Shown: one piece after another, positions 27,654 through 44,277 of the stretch
Numbering within the stretch: the stretch's first letter is position 1
Layout of the letters: every line of letters begins with the position of its first letter
From: the human T2T-CHM13v2.0 reference genome, Homo sapiens
Assembly (NCBI RefSeq): GCF_009914755.1
Contig: NC_060941.1
DNA length: 64,000 nucleotides
Reading direction: 5' to 3' (one strand)
The notes under the pieces: model-generated
Databases searched by the model: none
Seen by the model: only the letters and a program-made list of their open reading frames with translations
Told to the model about the DNA's origin: nothing
Position numbers and translations under genes: made by a program

Positions 27654-28548
27654 CTGCATGTAAAGAGACTGACATTAGTGGCTTATATATTTTTCACCAA
27701 GTGTTTGTAAAGTCATACAATAGAGACAGTAGCTTCAAATTGTTTAGATACTGTAAGATATAGGCCAAATAATTACATTTTCTTGAAGGATAAAGAAGAG
27801 TGGTGATATGGCTAATAAAAGATAGCCATGCATGAACATATTCAGTTTCCTATAAACTCGAAAAAGCTCCTTGTGTCCTATTTTAGTATTATCCTTTTGA
27901 TTCTTTACATATATGCTTTGGACTCCAAATCAGTTGTCGAGAATAATTTATTCTATATTTGTAAATCTACAGAGGAGTCCACTCCATGCTGGCTCCCTTT
28001 TCACACTTGTACATTCTGCGTCAATAGCCATAAATACGCAGTGTCTCTGGAACTAGTTCAGAAGCCCCTCTTCAATAGTGACTTGTTACACCTCACCCCT
28101 CTGTGTTTTCTTTCGCTGACCTTCACTCAGTCCTCCAACTGTTGCCTCTGTACATTTGCTCCTGGTACCTTGGCTTTTAGAAACATAGAGACCTCAAGAG
28201 CTCCCCTTGATATTCTTTGGGACAACATTCTCATAATTATCCTTCAATTCTATGCACGGGTGTCATGGTAAGAAACAGCCCTGGTACCCCAATTCAATCC
28301 TGCAGGATAGAGTAACCTGACTGACTTGTGGCTGGGCTTCCTGGTCAGCACAGGAAGAATCAGGTGGAACAAACCAACATCTAGGACCATGACTTCATTT
28401 CCTTTGAGATTGTTATGACTATCCTGGTAGGGATTTTTCAAGTTTTGATTGATTATTTCATTGTTCTACTTCAAATTACATAGTCTATATTCCACATGAA
28501 AATATGCAACCAATACATAAAGTCTTATTTATATATACCCAAACTTAC

Positions 28549-28628
28549 TCGCCTCTAACTTGAAAAAGGCCCGAGATAGAGGGTGGACATCCTCCACAGG
28601 TAACTTATACGCCATTAAAGAGGAATAT
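28549..28628 (-). CDS. ABCA10: ABCA10 coding exon
   Basis: cctgacag|...CGA|gtaagt, 80 nt; [26 protein letters not shown]. Confidence 0.93.
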
Positions 28629-29233
28629 CTGTCAGGAAGAAGAGTGAGATTTATTACTAAGTTTCAGTGTGATAATACGGGGGAGGAATTAATAGGCAAA
28701 GTAAAATAATTTTTCAATGTGTTCTTTAAATAAGTGTCTGATTTGATATAGCATGAATCAGTGTGAAATTACAGATTCAATCATAAAAAAAGTTATAACA
28801 ACAAAAATCTGGTTGCCTCTAATTTTATGTTAAAGATAAATTCTGAGAAATAGCTCTGATTAAGAATCTTTCCCACTCAGCCTGCACTTTGTTATTGTGC
28901 TATATTTCTTACTTACTCTCAAAAAGCAACCTTTCTAGAATGTTTACATTACCTTTCCCCTCTCTCATAGGAGAGATTGAGATTTAATTTTCAATCTCTC
29001 CTATAAAAATTAAAATATGTTGAACTCTCTCCTGCTAAAAAAAAATTTTTTTCTTGACCTTCAGACCCCCTTTCATGTTGCACAATCCAAGGAACACTCT
29101 TCAGTCCTCATTTTGCAAACTTTTCAAAAGCATTAAATAAAATTGTACACACCCTTCTTAAAACAAACATACTCTTTCTCTCTTAGCTTCTGAGACAACC
29201 ACACTTACGATTTTCCTTCTAACTCTCTAGGCC

Positions 29234-29431
29234 TGCACTGCTTAATAGAGTAGCTATTAAATCCATGTGGCTATTTAAAGTAATTAAAATAAATAAAATT
29301 GAAAATTCAACTCCTCATTCACACCAGCCACATCTGAAGTACTCAGTAGCTACGTATGTGTAGTGACTACCATCCTGGACAGCACAGAAAGGACATTTTC
29401 ATTATCACAAAAATTCTACTGGCCAATGCTG
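29234..29431 (-). mobile_element. MER3-like hAT-Charlie MITE within an L2 fragment (~29000-30030)
   Basis: Internal atgtggcta/agccacat repeats; terminal similarity. Confidence 0.7.
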
Positions 29432-30607
29432 TTCTAGATACTCCTCAGTCTTTGTTGGTATGGTTGTGGTGGTACTGTCCACACAGGAAGATTTATTTTC
29501 TTCCTCAATCCCATCTCAAAGCTGAGAGCTCCTGGGGTTCATCCGACTTCCTATCTCTCTTCTTGGCCTCAACATTCTCCTAGTTTAATGGTCTTCTATA
29601 TGGTAAAAAAAATCCCCCACTTTGTTTGTTGCCAGACCAGATCTCAATGACCTCTTCCTTCTCTTGTGAGCCACAGGTCTACATCTCTTACTTTGGCATC
29701 TCCACTTGGATATCTCTTTACACATCAACTACATGAGCTTTTGTTTCATCCTTGACATTTGTAGAATTCATTCTTGACCTAAGTTCTTTAAATGTGCTGT
29801 TTCCTGGAAACAGTGTCTGTTACTCCCACTCTTCAGCTGACCAAACCCTGCTCAGTCTTAAAGTCCTACCTCAATGTCATATCCTCATTTATTTGTATCT
29901 TCATTTGCTTAATATCTTCACCTCCAAAAGGAAGAACCTTGTCTATTTTGTTGACTATTCAATACACAGCCGGCAGCAGATAATACGTATTCAATAAATA
30001 TAATAAATATTATAAAAATAAATGAGTAGAAATGGTATACAAGAAAATTCTGTTCATCTTTCAATTAAATTCAGCCTCATTCTGCTATTCACAAGGGTTT
30101 GATTACCATTACTTGTAACACATGGTTGACCACATACAACTTTAAAAGAAACATTGGGAGGATCAAATGATTTATAATTGAATAATTTAGGATAGAGTCA
30201 ATCCTTCTCAAGCATGGAAGTCTGTGTTACGGAGCTCTTGATGCAATTTATATTCAGCAAAATCCTGTAGGTGAAAGCATTGTTTTCATTGTCTATTTTT
30301 TAAAAATCATTAAAAAGTTGATAGTTTAATTTGTCTGTACTTTGTTCTTAATCTCCAAGCCATTCCACCATTTGCACACATATATGAATGCACACACACA
30401 CACCATTCACCTTTTCTGAGGTCTAAAACACTCACTGAAAATAACTGTTTAGTTTTTGTAACGCATCCTAGCAATCCTCAAACAGGTTGTTTTGTGATGA
30501 ATAAGTCCACTCTGCCTTTCTCTTCCGGTTTAGACTAGCACAAAACTAATTGATGCTAATACTGGAAAACACTCATACTTGTCACTCAAACCGAAAACAT
30601 CCTTTAC

Positions 30608-30748
30608 CTTTCCTGCCAAGCAGCCTGTGGGAAAAGCTTCAAAATCTCTGTGTGGAGAGCTTCCACCTGGGTAGGTTCTTTCATTTTTATTTCTAGTAAA
30701 TAATCTCTACCAAACTTGTTTTTCAGATGTTGAATGGAACCAATACAC
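30608..30748 (-). CDS. ABCA10: ABCA10 coding exon
   Basis: gaactag|...AAG|gtaaag, 141 nt; [47 protein letters not shown]. Confidence 0.93.
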
Positions 30749-30926
30749 CTAGTTCAGGGGAAATAAAGAAAAAATACTTGTCTCTTAATTTCTTCCTCGG
30801 TTCTCACTGTAGAGGAAGGTGTTTAATTACAGGTTAGGGAGCTGTAGAGCATCAGCTGTTCATAGCAAACTGAAACTCTCTCTATAAGAACATGCTAGTC
30901 CCATGCTGGTCAGGACAGGCACCCAC

Positions 30927-31046
30927 CTTAGCGTTCCTGACACCATCATGGCCATACGGTCACACACAGCCTCAGCCTCTGACATGTAATGGGTGGTCAA
31001 GAGGGTGCCCCTCTCCTTGTTTTTAACGGTAGCCTGAAGTATCTGC
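30927..31046 (-). CDS. ABCA10: ABCA10 coding exon (NBD2 H-loop)
   Basis: 120 nt; [40 protein letters not shown]. Confidence 0.95.
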
Positions 31047-31125
31047 CTAAAGATAAAGTAAGGGATTGTTTGCATTTAGAAAGTAATTTGGGGAAATAGA
31101 TAAATAGAAAAAAGCAGGAAATCTA

Positions 31126-31392
<267 letters not shown>

Positions 31393-31865
31393 AGGCTACA
31401 AGAGAAAATCTTTGCCATAGAGAAAAAGAATAAAAATTGTGTTATATTGCCTAATGATAGTACCATATTAATAGGCTTCATAAAAAAGAAGAGTATTGGT
31501 TAAAATAATGCACTATTGGGGAAGAAAAGTAGGAAAGTTGGAGTAAAAAATACAGAAACATCATACTATATGACTTTCAATAACTGAAAAATGAAATGGA
31601 AAAATAAAAAGACAGGGGGAAGAGGAATAAGAAAGAGAAATCCAAACAAATATAATCAAGAGTTTATTTGGGTCTTAAAATATCTATTTTTTCCCTCCTG
31701 CAGGAATTTTGAATGCTATATTAGGTTTCACTGAATTACATAATAGAAGATGTGCACATCAAAGGTTAATGGAGCAAAATGTAACAAAGAAACAAAACAA
31801 AAACAAAAACAAAATATCCTAGAGGTATTCTCTTGACTCTGACACTTAATATTCACTCTCCTTAC

Positions 31866-31960
31866 CACATTTGCTGCTGCCCCTCGGGGTCCATCCCGGT
31901 GAACGGCTCATCTAGAAGCACCACTGATGGGTTCCCCAGGATGCTCAGCACAAAGCACAG
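31866..31960 (-). CDS. ABCA10: ABCA10 coding exon (NBD2 Walker B/D-loop)
   Basis: 95 nt; [32 protein letters not shown]. Confidence 0.95.
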
Positions 31961-32031
31961 CTGCAATGCAAGGAACAGCCCGTCGGCACCCAGCCATGGG
32001 TGCACAGGGAAACCCCGAGCCTGGCCCATAC

Positions 32032-32107
32032 CTTTCTCTTTATTCCCTCTGATAGAGTTTTCACAGGAGCCTTAAGTTGTTCCTGGAGCTTAAGAGCTTC
32101 CACCAAT
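32032..32107 (-). CDS. ABCA10: ABCA10 coding exon (NBD2 signature)
   Basis: 76 nt; [25 protein letters not shown]. Confidence 0.95.
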
Positions 32108-32391
32108 CTGACAAAAAACAGTGTGATTATACATGAAGTATATGGCAAATGGACCTATCTAAAACAACTGTAGGAAACTCTAAGCACTATTATTCTAGAT
32201 AGTAAATTTAAGCTTCCTTAACGTTTTCATAAATGCTAAATCTTATGATTTGGTTCTTATTCAGGTATTTGAATCATTTTATTTGCATGAAAATTTAAAG
32301 ACATTGTTTATAATTTCCTTTTAATATATAATGAAGAAATGACATATTTTCCCCTTCCTCCTGCTACAAATTGTGAGACTTCTCTCTGTAC

Positions 32392-32570
32392 CGTGAAATA
32401 CTGAGAGCAGCATCTTCTTTGCCCAGTCCTTTCACAGCTGCATACAACTCCAAGTGCTCTTTCATTGTAAGCTTGGGCCACAGTGAGTTCTCCTGAGGGC
32501 AGTACCCCAAGAACTTGAGGCTGTTGTCATGCTGTTGCCTTACTGATGCTCTGCTGCCTTGTAACACCAC
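32392..32570 (-). CDS. ABCA10: ABCA10 coding exon (NBD2 Q-loop)
   Basis: 179 nt; VVLQGSRAS...[40 protein letters not shown]. Confidence 0.95.
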
Positions 32571-32795
32571 CTGCACAAGACAATGAATGTCAGATCCACC
32601 TTTGGTTTTTGCTCCAATCCCCCTTCTACTAAAGGAGATAAAAGTGGCCATTAAGCTACAATATTTTTTGAATACGCAAGAGAAATTTTATAAATTCTTT
32701 CATCTATTTTTTAAAAAGATATTTGATTTACTGATAGGAATAATAGAAAGATGTCATCAATATTTAAAATAAAATTTCCTTCACATGTCACATAC

Positions 32796-32887
32796 CACTC
32801 CTGCAGTTGGCTTTGTGCACCCAGTTATCATTTTAATGGAAGTACTTTTACCAGCTCCATTGTGTCCTAGTAATCCCAAAACTTCAC
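32796..32887 (-). CDS. ABCA10: ABCA10 coding exon (NBD2 Walker A)
   Basis: 92 nt; [30 protein letters not shown]. Confidence 0.95.
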
Positions 32888-32980
32888 CTGGAAGAAAGAG
32901 TCACCATCAATATTTGAATTTTCAAGGTTGACTAATCTAAAATTGCTTGGTTGGTTGCATAACATTTTGAAACAAAATGA

Positions 32981-33276
32981 CTTTTTTTTTTTTTTTTTTT
33001 CAGAGACAGAGTTTTGCTCTGTTGCCTAGGCTGGACTGTGGTGGTGTAATCATTGCCTGCTGCAGCCTTGATCTCCTGGGCTCAAGCGATCTTCCTGCAT
33101 CAGTCTCCCAGGTAGCCAGAACTACATGCATGCACCACCACACCCAGCTAATTTTTAAATTTTTTGTAGAGATGGAGTCTTGCTATGTTGCCCAGGCTGG
33201 TCTCGAAATCCTGGCCTCAAGCCTCCCGCCTCAGCCTCTCAAAGTATTAGGATTAGAGGCACGAGCCACCGTGGCC
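32981..33276 (-). mobile_element. Alu (AluJ-like)
   Basis: Reverse dimer with polyT. Confidence 0.9.
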
Positions 33277-33578
33277 ACCTCAAAATAACATTTCTGAAAC
33301 AAATGCTTAGTTAGCACCTTGAAAAATCTCCTGTATTACAACATTAATACAGAGAATCAGGGTCTTCTTAATCCAAGACTGGGTTTCTTGCCATTTGAAT
33401 TGGGACATGATTTTGAAGTAGAAAAGACTTATCTGCTGACATGTGAAGAAGTTTTATAATTACACATTAACCAGGATATATGAACAGTCTCAATGAATAA
33501 AAATTTGTCCCCTTTGTAGTCTTAAATCTAGAGAATAAGGAACATTATAATAATAATAAAAGGAACAATTGTTCAAAC

Positions 33579-33696
33579 CTTTTTTAACACAAAAGGAAAC
33601 ATTTCTGATGGCTATTTTCTTCTTTCTTGTTGAAAAGCAACTTTTCTTTGTCTCATAATATTCCTTGTGTAAACAGCTTGCAGTTATGACTGGTTC
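33579..33696 (-). CDS. ABCA10: ABCA10 coding exon
   Basis: 118 nt; [39 protein letters not shown]. Confidence 0.95.
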
Positions 33697-34364
33697 CTGG
33701 AAAACATGACAAAGCATGATTTCCCTGTTAAATTTCAGATACTTTACGAATTGATGTTTTATTTTCCATTCCCTAGTCTATAAACCCAACTAAATTTAAT
33801 GCCAGGCTGAAGAGCTTTAGCCTCTTTTTTCAAATAAAATACCCAAATGTATGTTCATAAATAAGGGCTACTTAATCAACTACTAATAAAATTAATTCCT
33901 AATCAAATACATTCCCTTTGCATTATGCTAGCAGCTATCTTTGCCCTTTCAACAATTTCATTCCCAGTTTATTCCTTATTGATTTCCATGCATTGTAAAT
34001 TCATTTGCTCTTGTTCATATGCTATTCAGTTATTAATATTACAAGCATACTATAATATAAAATGTAATTGCAACTCTTGAAAAATGTGCGATTTTGCTAA
34101 AATTGATTAAAAAATTCGAGAACTTGTTGATTACACTGATGAATGAGGAGCTGGAAGAGTAAGACCCACAGAAAACTGAAGAAGAAAAAATTAAAAGAAT
34201 GAGGACAGGGTAGTTACTTTTAAAGAGAATAATTTGAATATAAGCTATAAATAGAAATATTAAAGAAACTAAAGCAGCTTTTCAAAATAAAAACCAACAT
34301 CTCATCAATTCTAGAGGACAAACTATCTGAGCATTTTATTAAGGGTCTAATCCCTGCTGTTCAC

Positions 34365-34485
34365 CTCCTCCAAGTTTGGAGCAGTGAGTGCATTTGCTGC
34401 TTGGACTCTTTCAGCTTGAACATCTTCATCTTCTTCTTCGGGCTCTTCCGGATTGGGATGAGTTTCTCTACTCCGTGGAGAGATT
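34365..34485 (-). CDS. ABCA10: ABCA10 coding exon (acidic linker)
   Basis: 121 nt; [40 protein letters not shown]. Confidence 0.95.
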
Positions 34486-35124
34486 CTACAGAGGAAATAA
34501 AATAACATAAAAATGCAATTTTGGCTGTACAACTGTTAAGAAAATGTAAACCCCTATAATTAAATTATTATCCTTTTTAAAAAAGACTATCACATCATTA
34601 ATTTATTACCTACAAGATTCTTCTTGGCAGTAATAACACCTCCGGTAGCCAAGTCCCTTGAAATATTCTTTGACTATTTCTTCTCTTTAAAACATTGTAT
34701 CCTATCTGTCAACTGGCTCTGTCACTTCGTTCTTTTAAATCACTCAAATGTAGACATACGGGTCTTTTAGTCTGTCACCATCCAGATCATGACCACATTC
34801 CTCATAAAAGATCATCCTAACTGGTTTTATATGGAACCAGTTTTTACTGTACCTTCTCCTTAGGGACCCATAATGGCCACAACCAGGAGAAAAGCAAGCT
34901 TTGATGCTTAAACACTACTTACAGACATGTACAGGACAAAAACTTATCTTGCCTAAAATCAGAACCTATGACTTAGAAACTATCCCTGCATCCAATCTAA
35001 TTCTGTTTTCTTTTTCTGAAAATAGCACTGTGCAATATGCTTAGCCAAGTGTTGGGTAGTAAATCCATTTTAATAAACTGATGTTAAATGTACTGCAATA
35101 AAGACTAAATATTTAAGATCACAA

Positions 35125-35215
35125 CAGGAGGATTACTTGAGGTCAGGGGTTTAAGACCAATCTGAGCAATATAGCAAGATCCTGTCTCTATTTTCAAAAA
35201 TAAAAACAAATAAAA
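35125..35215 (+). mobile_element. Alu monomer fragment (FLAM-like)
   Basis: caggaggattacttgaggtcagg...cctgtctcta plus A-rich tail. Confidence 0.7.
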
Positions 35216-35387
35216 TTATAAATTTAAGAAGATTAAATATTTAAATTACATTCAGATCTCAATTAGTATTCTCCCAACCTGAAACCCTGTTTCTATTTTC
35301 AAAAACAAAAACAAATAAATGAAATTATAAATTTAAAAAGACTAAATATTTAGATTATATTCAGATCTCAATTAATATTTTCCCAAC

Positions 35388-35479
35388 CTGAAAACTGGGT
35401 CTTTATTCATTATTTCATTTCCATACTTCATTTCCAGACACCTTATGACAAAAAGGAAAATAACACTCTGAAGGTATGG
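35388..35479 (-). CDS. ABCA10: ABCA10 coding exon
   Basis: ttttag|...CAG|gttggg, 92 nt; PYLQSVIFLFVIRCLEMKYGNEIMNKDPVFR. Confidence 0.92.
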
Positions 35480-35639
35480 CTAAAAGAAAAGAAAAATAAT
35501 CAGAATTAGCATCACCATGGCATTCACACTCAATGGTGAATATTTGTCCATTTTTTTGTCACAGAAGATTTGATCATTTTCTTGAAGATTTGATCATTTT
35601 CTTTTAAATTTGACAAGCAACTTGTAAAATACTTCTCAT

Positions 35640-39985
<4,346 letters not shown>

Positions 39986-40120
39986 AAAACTTATATGTGA
40001 AAAATAATTGCAGTTGTTTTTACCACCACAGGTCACTGACTAGAAACAAATAGGTAAATAGCCATGAAGTATAATGTGGTGGGATGTGACGAAAGCCGCT
40101 TCTAGGCCTGGCCGTTAAAA

Positions 40121-41364
40121 CAAGGGGACTTCAAAAATACCATGAAAAATTCATATGATGAAAAACCTATGTGTGGATTTCAAATTTGGGGGGCAACAAA
40201 ATAAACTCATCCTAACTTCTTATAATATGTTTGAACAGGATCTGGTTTGAGGTACTAAGAAGGGTACATTCATTTGAAAATAGGTACATTCATTTGAAAA
40301 GAGCCCCTATCAGAACATGAATTCTGCTAAAACTGAAGCAAGAACAAACATCAAGTGTATGGAGAAGCTTGGAAGGAAGAATGGTGAAATCATCGATGCT
40401 GTAAAAAAGTTTATGAGGGCAATGGCCCAAAGAAATTAGCAACTTACAGATGGTTAAGTGGTTTTAAGAAGGAACAAGACAATGTTGAAAATAAGTCCTA
40501 TAGCAGCAGACCATCCACATCAATTTGAGAGGAAAAAATTCATCTCTTTCATCTCCTAATTGAAGAGGACTGACAATTAACAGCAGAAACAATAGTCAAA
40601 TCACAGACATCTCAACTGATTCAATTCACATAATTCCGATTGAAAAATTAAAGTTAATCAAACTTTCTACTTAGTGCAGGACAAAACTGTTGTGCCCAGG
40701 TTAGCAGAAGACAAGAGCAGAGCATTCAATGGAGATTTTAAACACATGGGATCGAGATTCTGAAGCAATTTTTTTGAATAACTGTTTACAGGAAATAAAA
40801 CATGGCTTTACCAGTATGATTCTGAAGACAAATCACAATCAAAACAATGGCTACCAAAAGGTAGAAGTGGGTCCAGTTAAAGCAAAAGTGAATTAGTCAA
40901 CAGCAAAGGTCATGGGCAACAGTTTTTTGGATGCTCAGGGCATTTTGTTTGTTGACTTTCTGGAGGGATAAAGAATGATAACATCTGCTTATTATGAGAG
41001 TGTTTTGAGAAAGTTAGACAAACATCCAGGAAATCTTTACTAGAAGGTCCTTCTCCATCATGGCAATGTTCCTGCTCATTTCTCTCATCAAACAAGGGCA
41101 ATTCTGTGAGAGTTCCTTTGGGAAATTATTGAGGGGTATCCACCTACAGTTCTGATTTGGCTCCTTCTGAATTCTTTTTGTTTCCTAATCTTAAAATATA
41201 CGTAAATGGCACCCATTTTTGTTCAGTTAGTAACGTAAAAGATACTTCAATGACAAGGTTAAATTCCCAGGATCCTCAGTTCTGTAGGAATGAACTAAAT
41301 GATTGGTATCATTGCTTACAAAAGTGTCCTCACTTTGATGGGGTTTATGTTGAAAAAATTACAT

Positions 41365-41423
<59 letters not shown>

Positions 41424-41784
41424 TATATATATATGAGACGGAGTCTCTCTCTGTTGCCCAGGCTGGAGTGCAATGGCACAATCTCAGCTCACTGCAACCT
41501 TCATCTCCTGGCTCAATCAATTCTCCTGCCTCAGCCTCCCGAGTAGCTGGAATTACAGGCACATGCCAGCACGCCCAGCTAATTTTTGTATTTTTGTAGA
41601 GATGCGGTTTCACCATGTTGCCCAGGCTGGTCTTGAATTCCTGACCTCAGGTGGTCCACCCACCTCGGCTTCCCAAAGCGCTGGGATTACAGGCGTGAGT
41701 CACTGCGCCTGGCCAAAATTTATATTTTTTTATTTTCAACTTTTAGTTCCATTTTCCCATGAGGATTTTGGAGTCCCATCTTGT
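40121..41784 (+). mobile_element. HSMAR2 mariner transposon fossil, near full length, with Alu insertion
   Basis: TIR-like ends caaggggacttcaaaaataccatgaaaaat / cattttcccatgaggattttggagtcccatcttg; decayed transposase starting atgaattctgctaaaactgaagcaaga; mariner ...DLAPSEFFLFPNLK segment. Confidence 0.88.
41360..41714 (-). mobile_element. Alu with (CATATA)n-converted tail, inside HSMAR2
   Basis: Reverse dimer ~41432-41714; microsatellite 41360-41432. Confidence 0.9.
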
Positions 41785-42651
41785 CTAATGTTCTAACCTT
41801 TTCTTCCACTGCAAAGGCAACCCTGAAGATTGAGGGGTGTCAAAAAGCACAGCCACCAAATGGAGGTGGGCAGCCAAATACACAATAGAATTTATTTGAA
41901 AAATAAATCCCTATTAAGTCTTGAAGTTTCCAGGGTTTGTTTGCTGTGTCAGAGTTGCAATGAACATATATTCCCCAGCTGGACAACTGTATGCCTTTAG
42001 AATTCAATGGTCAATTAAAAATGACTATATATGGAACATCTCTGCATGTATTTACAAAACAGGAAAAATATACATTCATTATACAAAGACCCAGGTAAAA
42101 ATGTATAAAAGTTTATAAATCAAAACAAATTTAGAGGTTTCTTCCTTGATAAACTGCTGTTCTGCTATTAAAGAGGAAACAAGAGGTGTGCAAACAAGAG
42201 TATGTTTCCTCCTTCTGCCTCATTTGCCATAATACACAGAAATAACATTTATATTCGCTTTCATTGTCTTTCCCCACTATAAAATTTCATTTAATCTTTC
42301 TCCTTTCCTCCTCATTATTCAAATTAGTTGTTATTAACACATATTTACTTGATTCTGAGCCATACACCATATGCTGCATTTCTTACATACTGCCTCAAAT
42401 TGTCTTTGGATACATATCAACAATGTCTATCACAATAACAGCAACCAAACCTTTAAATGTTCTAGTATGTATTATATTATCTGTGAATCTATTTTAAAAA
42501 TATCTTTAGTTCTTGCTGCCATTATATTGGAATGGAAAATACAGAAAGAGTGGGTATTTTAAGACATTTAAATTTGGCATACCTTGAATAAGATTTCACG
42601 GGGCTATGAATCTTATGCAATACATATATTTAGGTAGAAAATGTTCCTTAC

Positions 42652-42732
42652 TATTAAGGTTGTTAAAAGAATGGTTTTATTGACTTCATTTATTCTATTG
42701 TCCAGACTGTCCAAGTTTCTCATAAAGTCGAG
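42652..42732 (-). CDS. ABCA10: ABCA10 coding exon
   Basis: ttttcag|...ATA|gtaagg, 81 nt; LDFMRNLDSLDNRINEVNKTILLTTLI. Confidence 0.88.
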
Positions 42733-43541
42733 CTGAAAAAAAACCCACCAACAGTTAAATGCAAGTTTCTCTATAAATATAAAATTTACACATTAAATAC
42801 ACCCACATTATACTTGATGTTCTATGGGACAACAGTAAGTATTCCATGAATTGAGATGAGAAGAGTTGTTTTCTGATGCTAAAGTCTACTGATGACCTGA
42901 CATCTTTCCTTAGTTATGAACTCCAACACTGTTTATTTTCCAATTGTATGTAATAGGGATTTCCAAGTTTCTCTTTAGTGGGAGTGACAAAGTACAGAAC
43001 TATGAAGTAGGCAAGATTTGCCCACAGTTCCCCAAAATTCTCAGTGGTATTTAGTTTCTGTCAGAAGTGGTTAATAGAATCATGTTTTCTTTCCCTCACT
43101 CACAAGTCATACACTCCAAAAGCAATTTATTGACACTAAGTAGTATGCAATCAATAAGTCCAATAAGATTTTAGACATTGATCAACATTGAAATGAAAAA
43201 CTTCTATCCCCTGGCAAGATGGATTCACCACAAGAGAGCATGTTTTATAACAATGGAAAAGTTTTAGTCCTGTCTCAGAATCACCTCTGGAATTCATAAA
43301 CCACGGTTGGGCTTCCTGCTGTATTTCTGCATGGATTGACCCTCTTCCTGCTAGTATGAATAGTGATCTCAGCAAATTTGACAGCTTTCAATTTTATACA
43401 GCTTTAAAATCTTATTTTTAGAATTTATCAGCATTGAATAACTTCAAAATTTTATAAATGCACCTGTTCCGACAATGGGTAAGGATTTTATTAATGGGCT
43501 ACAAGGTCAAGACTGGAGACACAGTAGGTAACACTGCTTAC

Positions 43542-43661
43542 CTGGATCAATAACATGACATACCCCAGCAAAGTGAAGGAAGGTATGAAAATCATGCACA
43601 AAATTAAGTTGAGTTTTTCATATTGAGTTGATACCATAATTGTGGATACACATATTAAGAT
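43542..43661 (-). CDS. ABCA10: ABCA10 coding exon (TMD2)
   Basis: 120 nt; ILICVSTIMVSTQYEKLNLILCMIFIPSFTLLGYVMLLIQ; CAG|gtaagc. Confidence 0.9.
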
Positions 43662-44277
43662 CTAGAAAAAAATCCAGAAGTATTATAATTTTCTCAGTTA
43701 TATTTGATATCTTAAGATATTTCCTGTGAATAACCTGTTTTCCTGGGAGATACTGCCATTTTCAACTTTTACCTCACAGATAGAAATATTCTTAGGATAT
43801 CCTCTTTAGGAAGTCTCAAACTTTCACTGCAACTAAAACATAGGATTACAATAAGGTCTGTCATAAATACCTTAAAGATTTTGCAATACCCAGTAGGGAT
43901 AAACAGCAACAATAAAAGAAGGTGATGTAACATTATTTATTTTGTCCATTATAATAAATCTTAATATGTTTTCAGTACAAGGATACAGTGAAGAATTAAC
44001 TGATGATATGACTTGGGAACTTAAAAGGCAAAATAAACTTTGAGGTTGGTGTTTATTGCCATATCTAAGCAGTCAGAGAAATGTAAGAATTATCAGTCTT
44101 GATATCCAAGGTAGGAATATTGAACAGTTTAGAACATTCCCAGAGGTAAATTATATGGTTGTCACTTTAAAGGGCAGCCCATATCCCCACTCAGACTGTT
44201 AGTCGTTTCCTAAAATGGCTCCCTGGCTCCAGTTCTTCTGCCATTCAAAATTCATATGACATTCCAAAGAGTATATA

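Noticed and set aside
31961-32031. Very short 71-nt intron
   Set aside because: Near the lower size limit but canonical GT-AG; at most prone to retention.
32032-32107. Degenerate ABC signature LSEGIKRK in NBD2
   Set aside because: Typical of the ABCA6-like subgroup rather than specific to this gene.
40318-41350. Possible functional mariner transposase
   Set aside because: Multiple stops and frameshifts; the longest ORF runs into microsatellite and Alu sequence.
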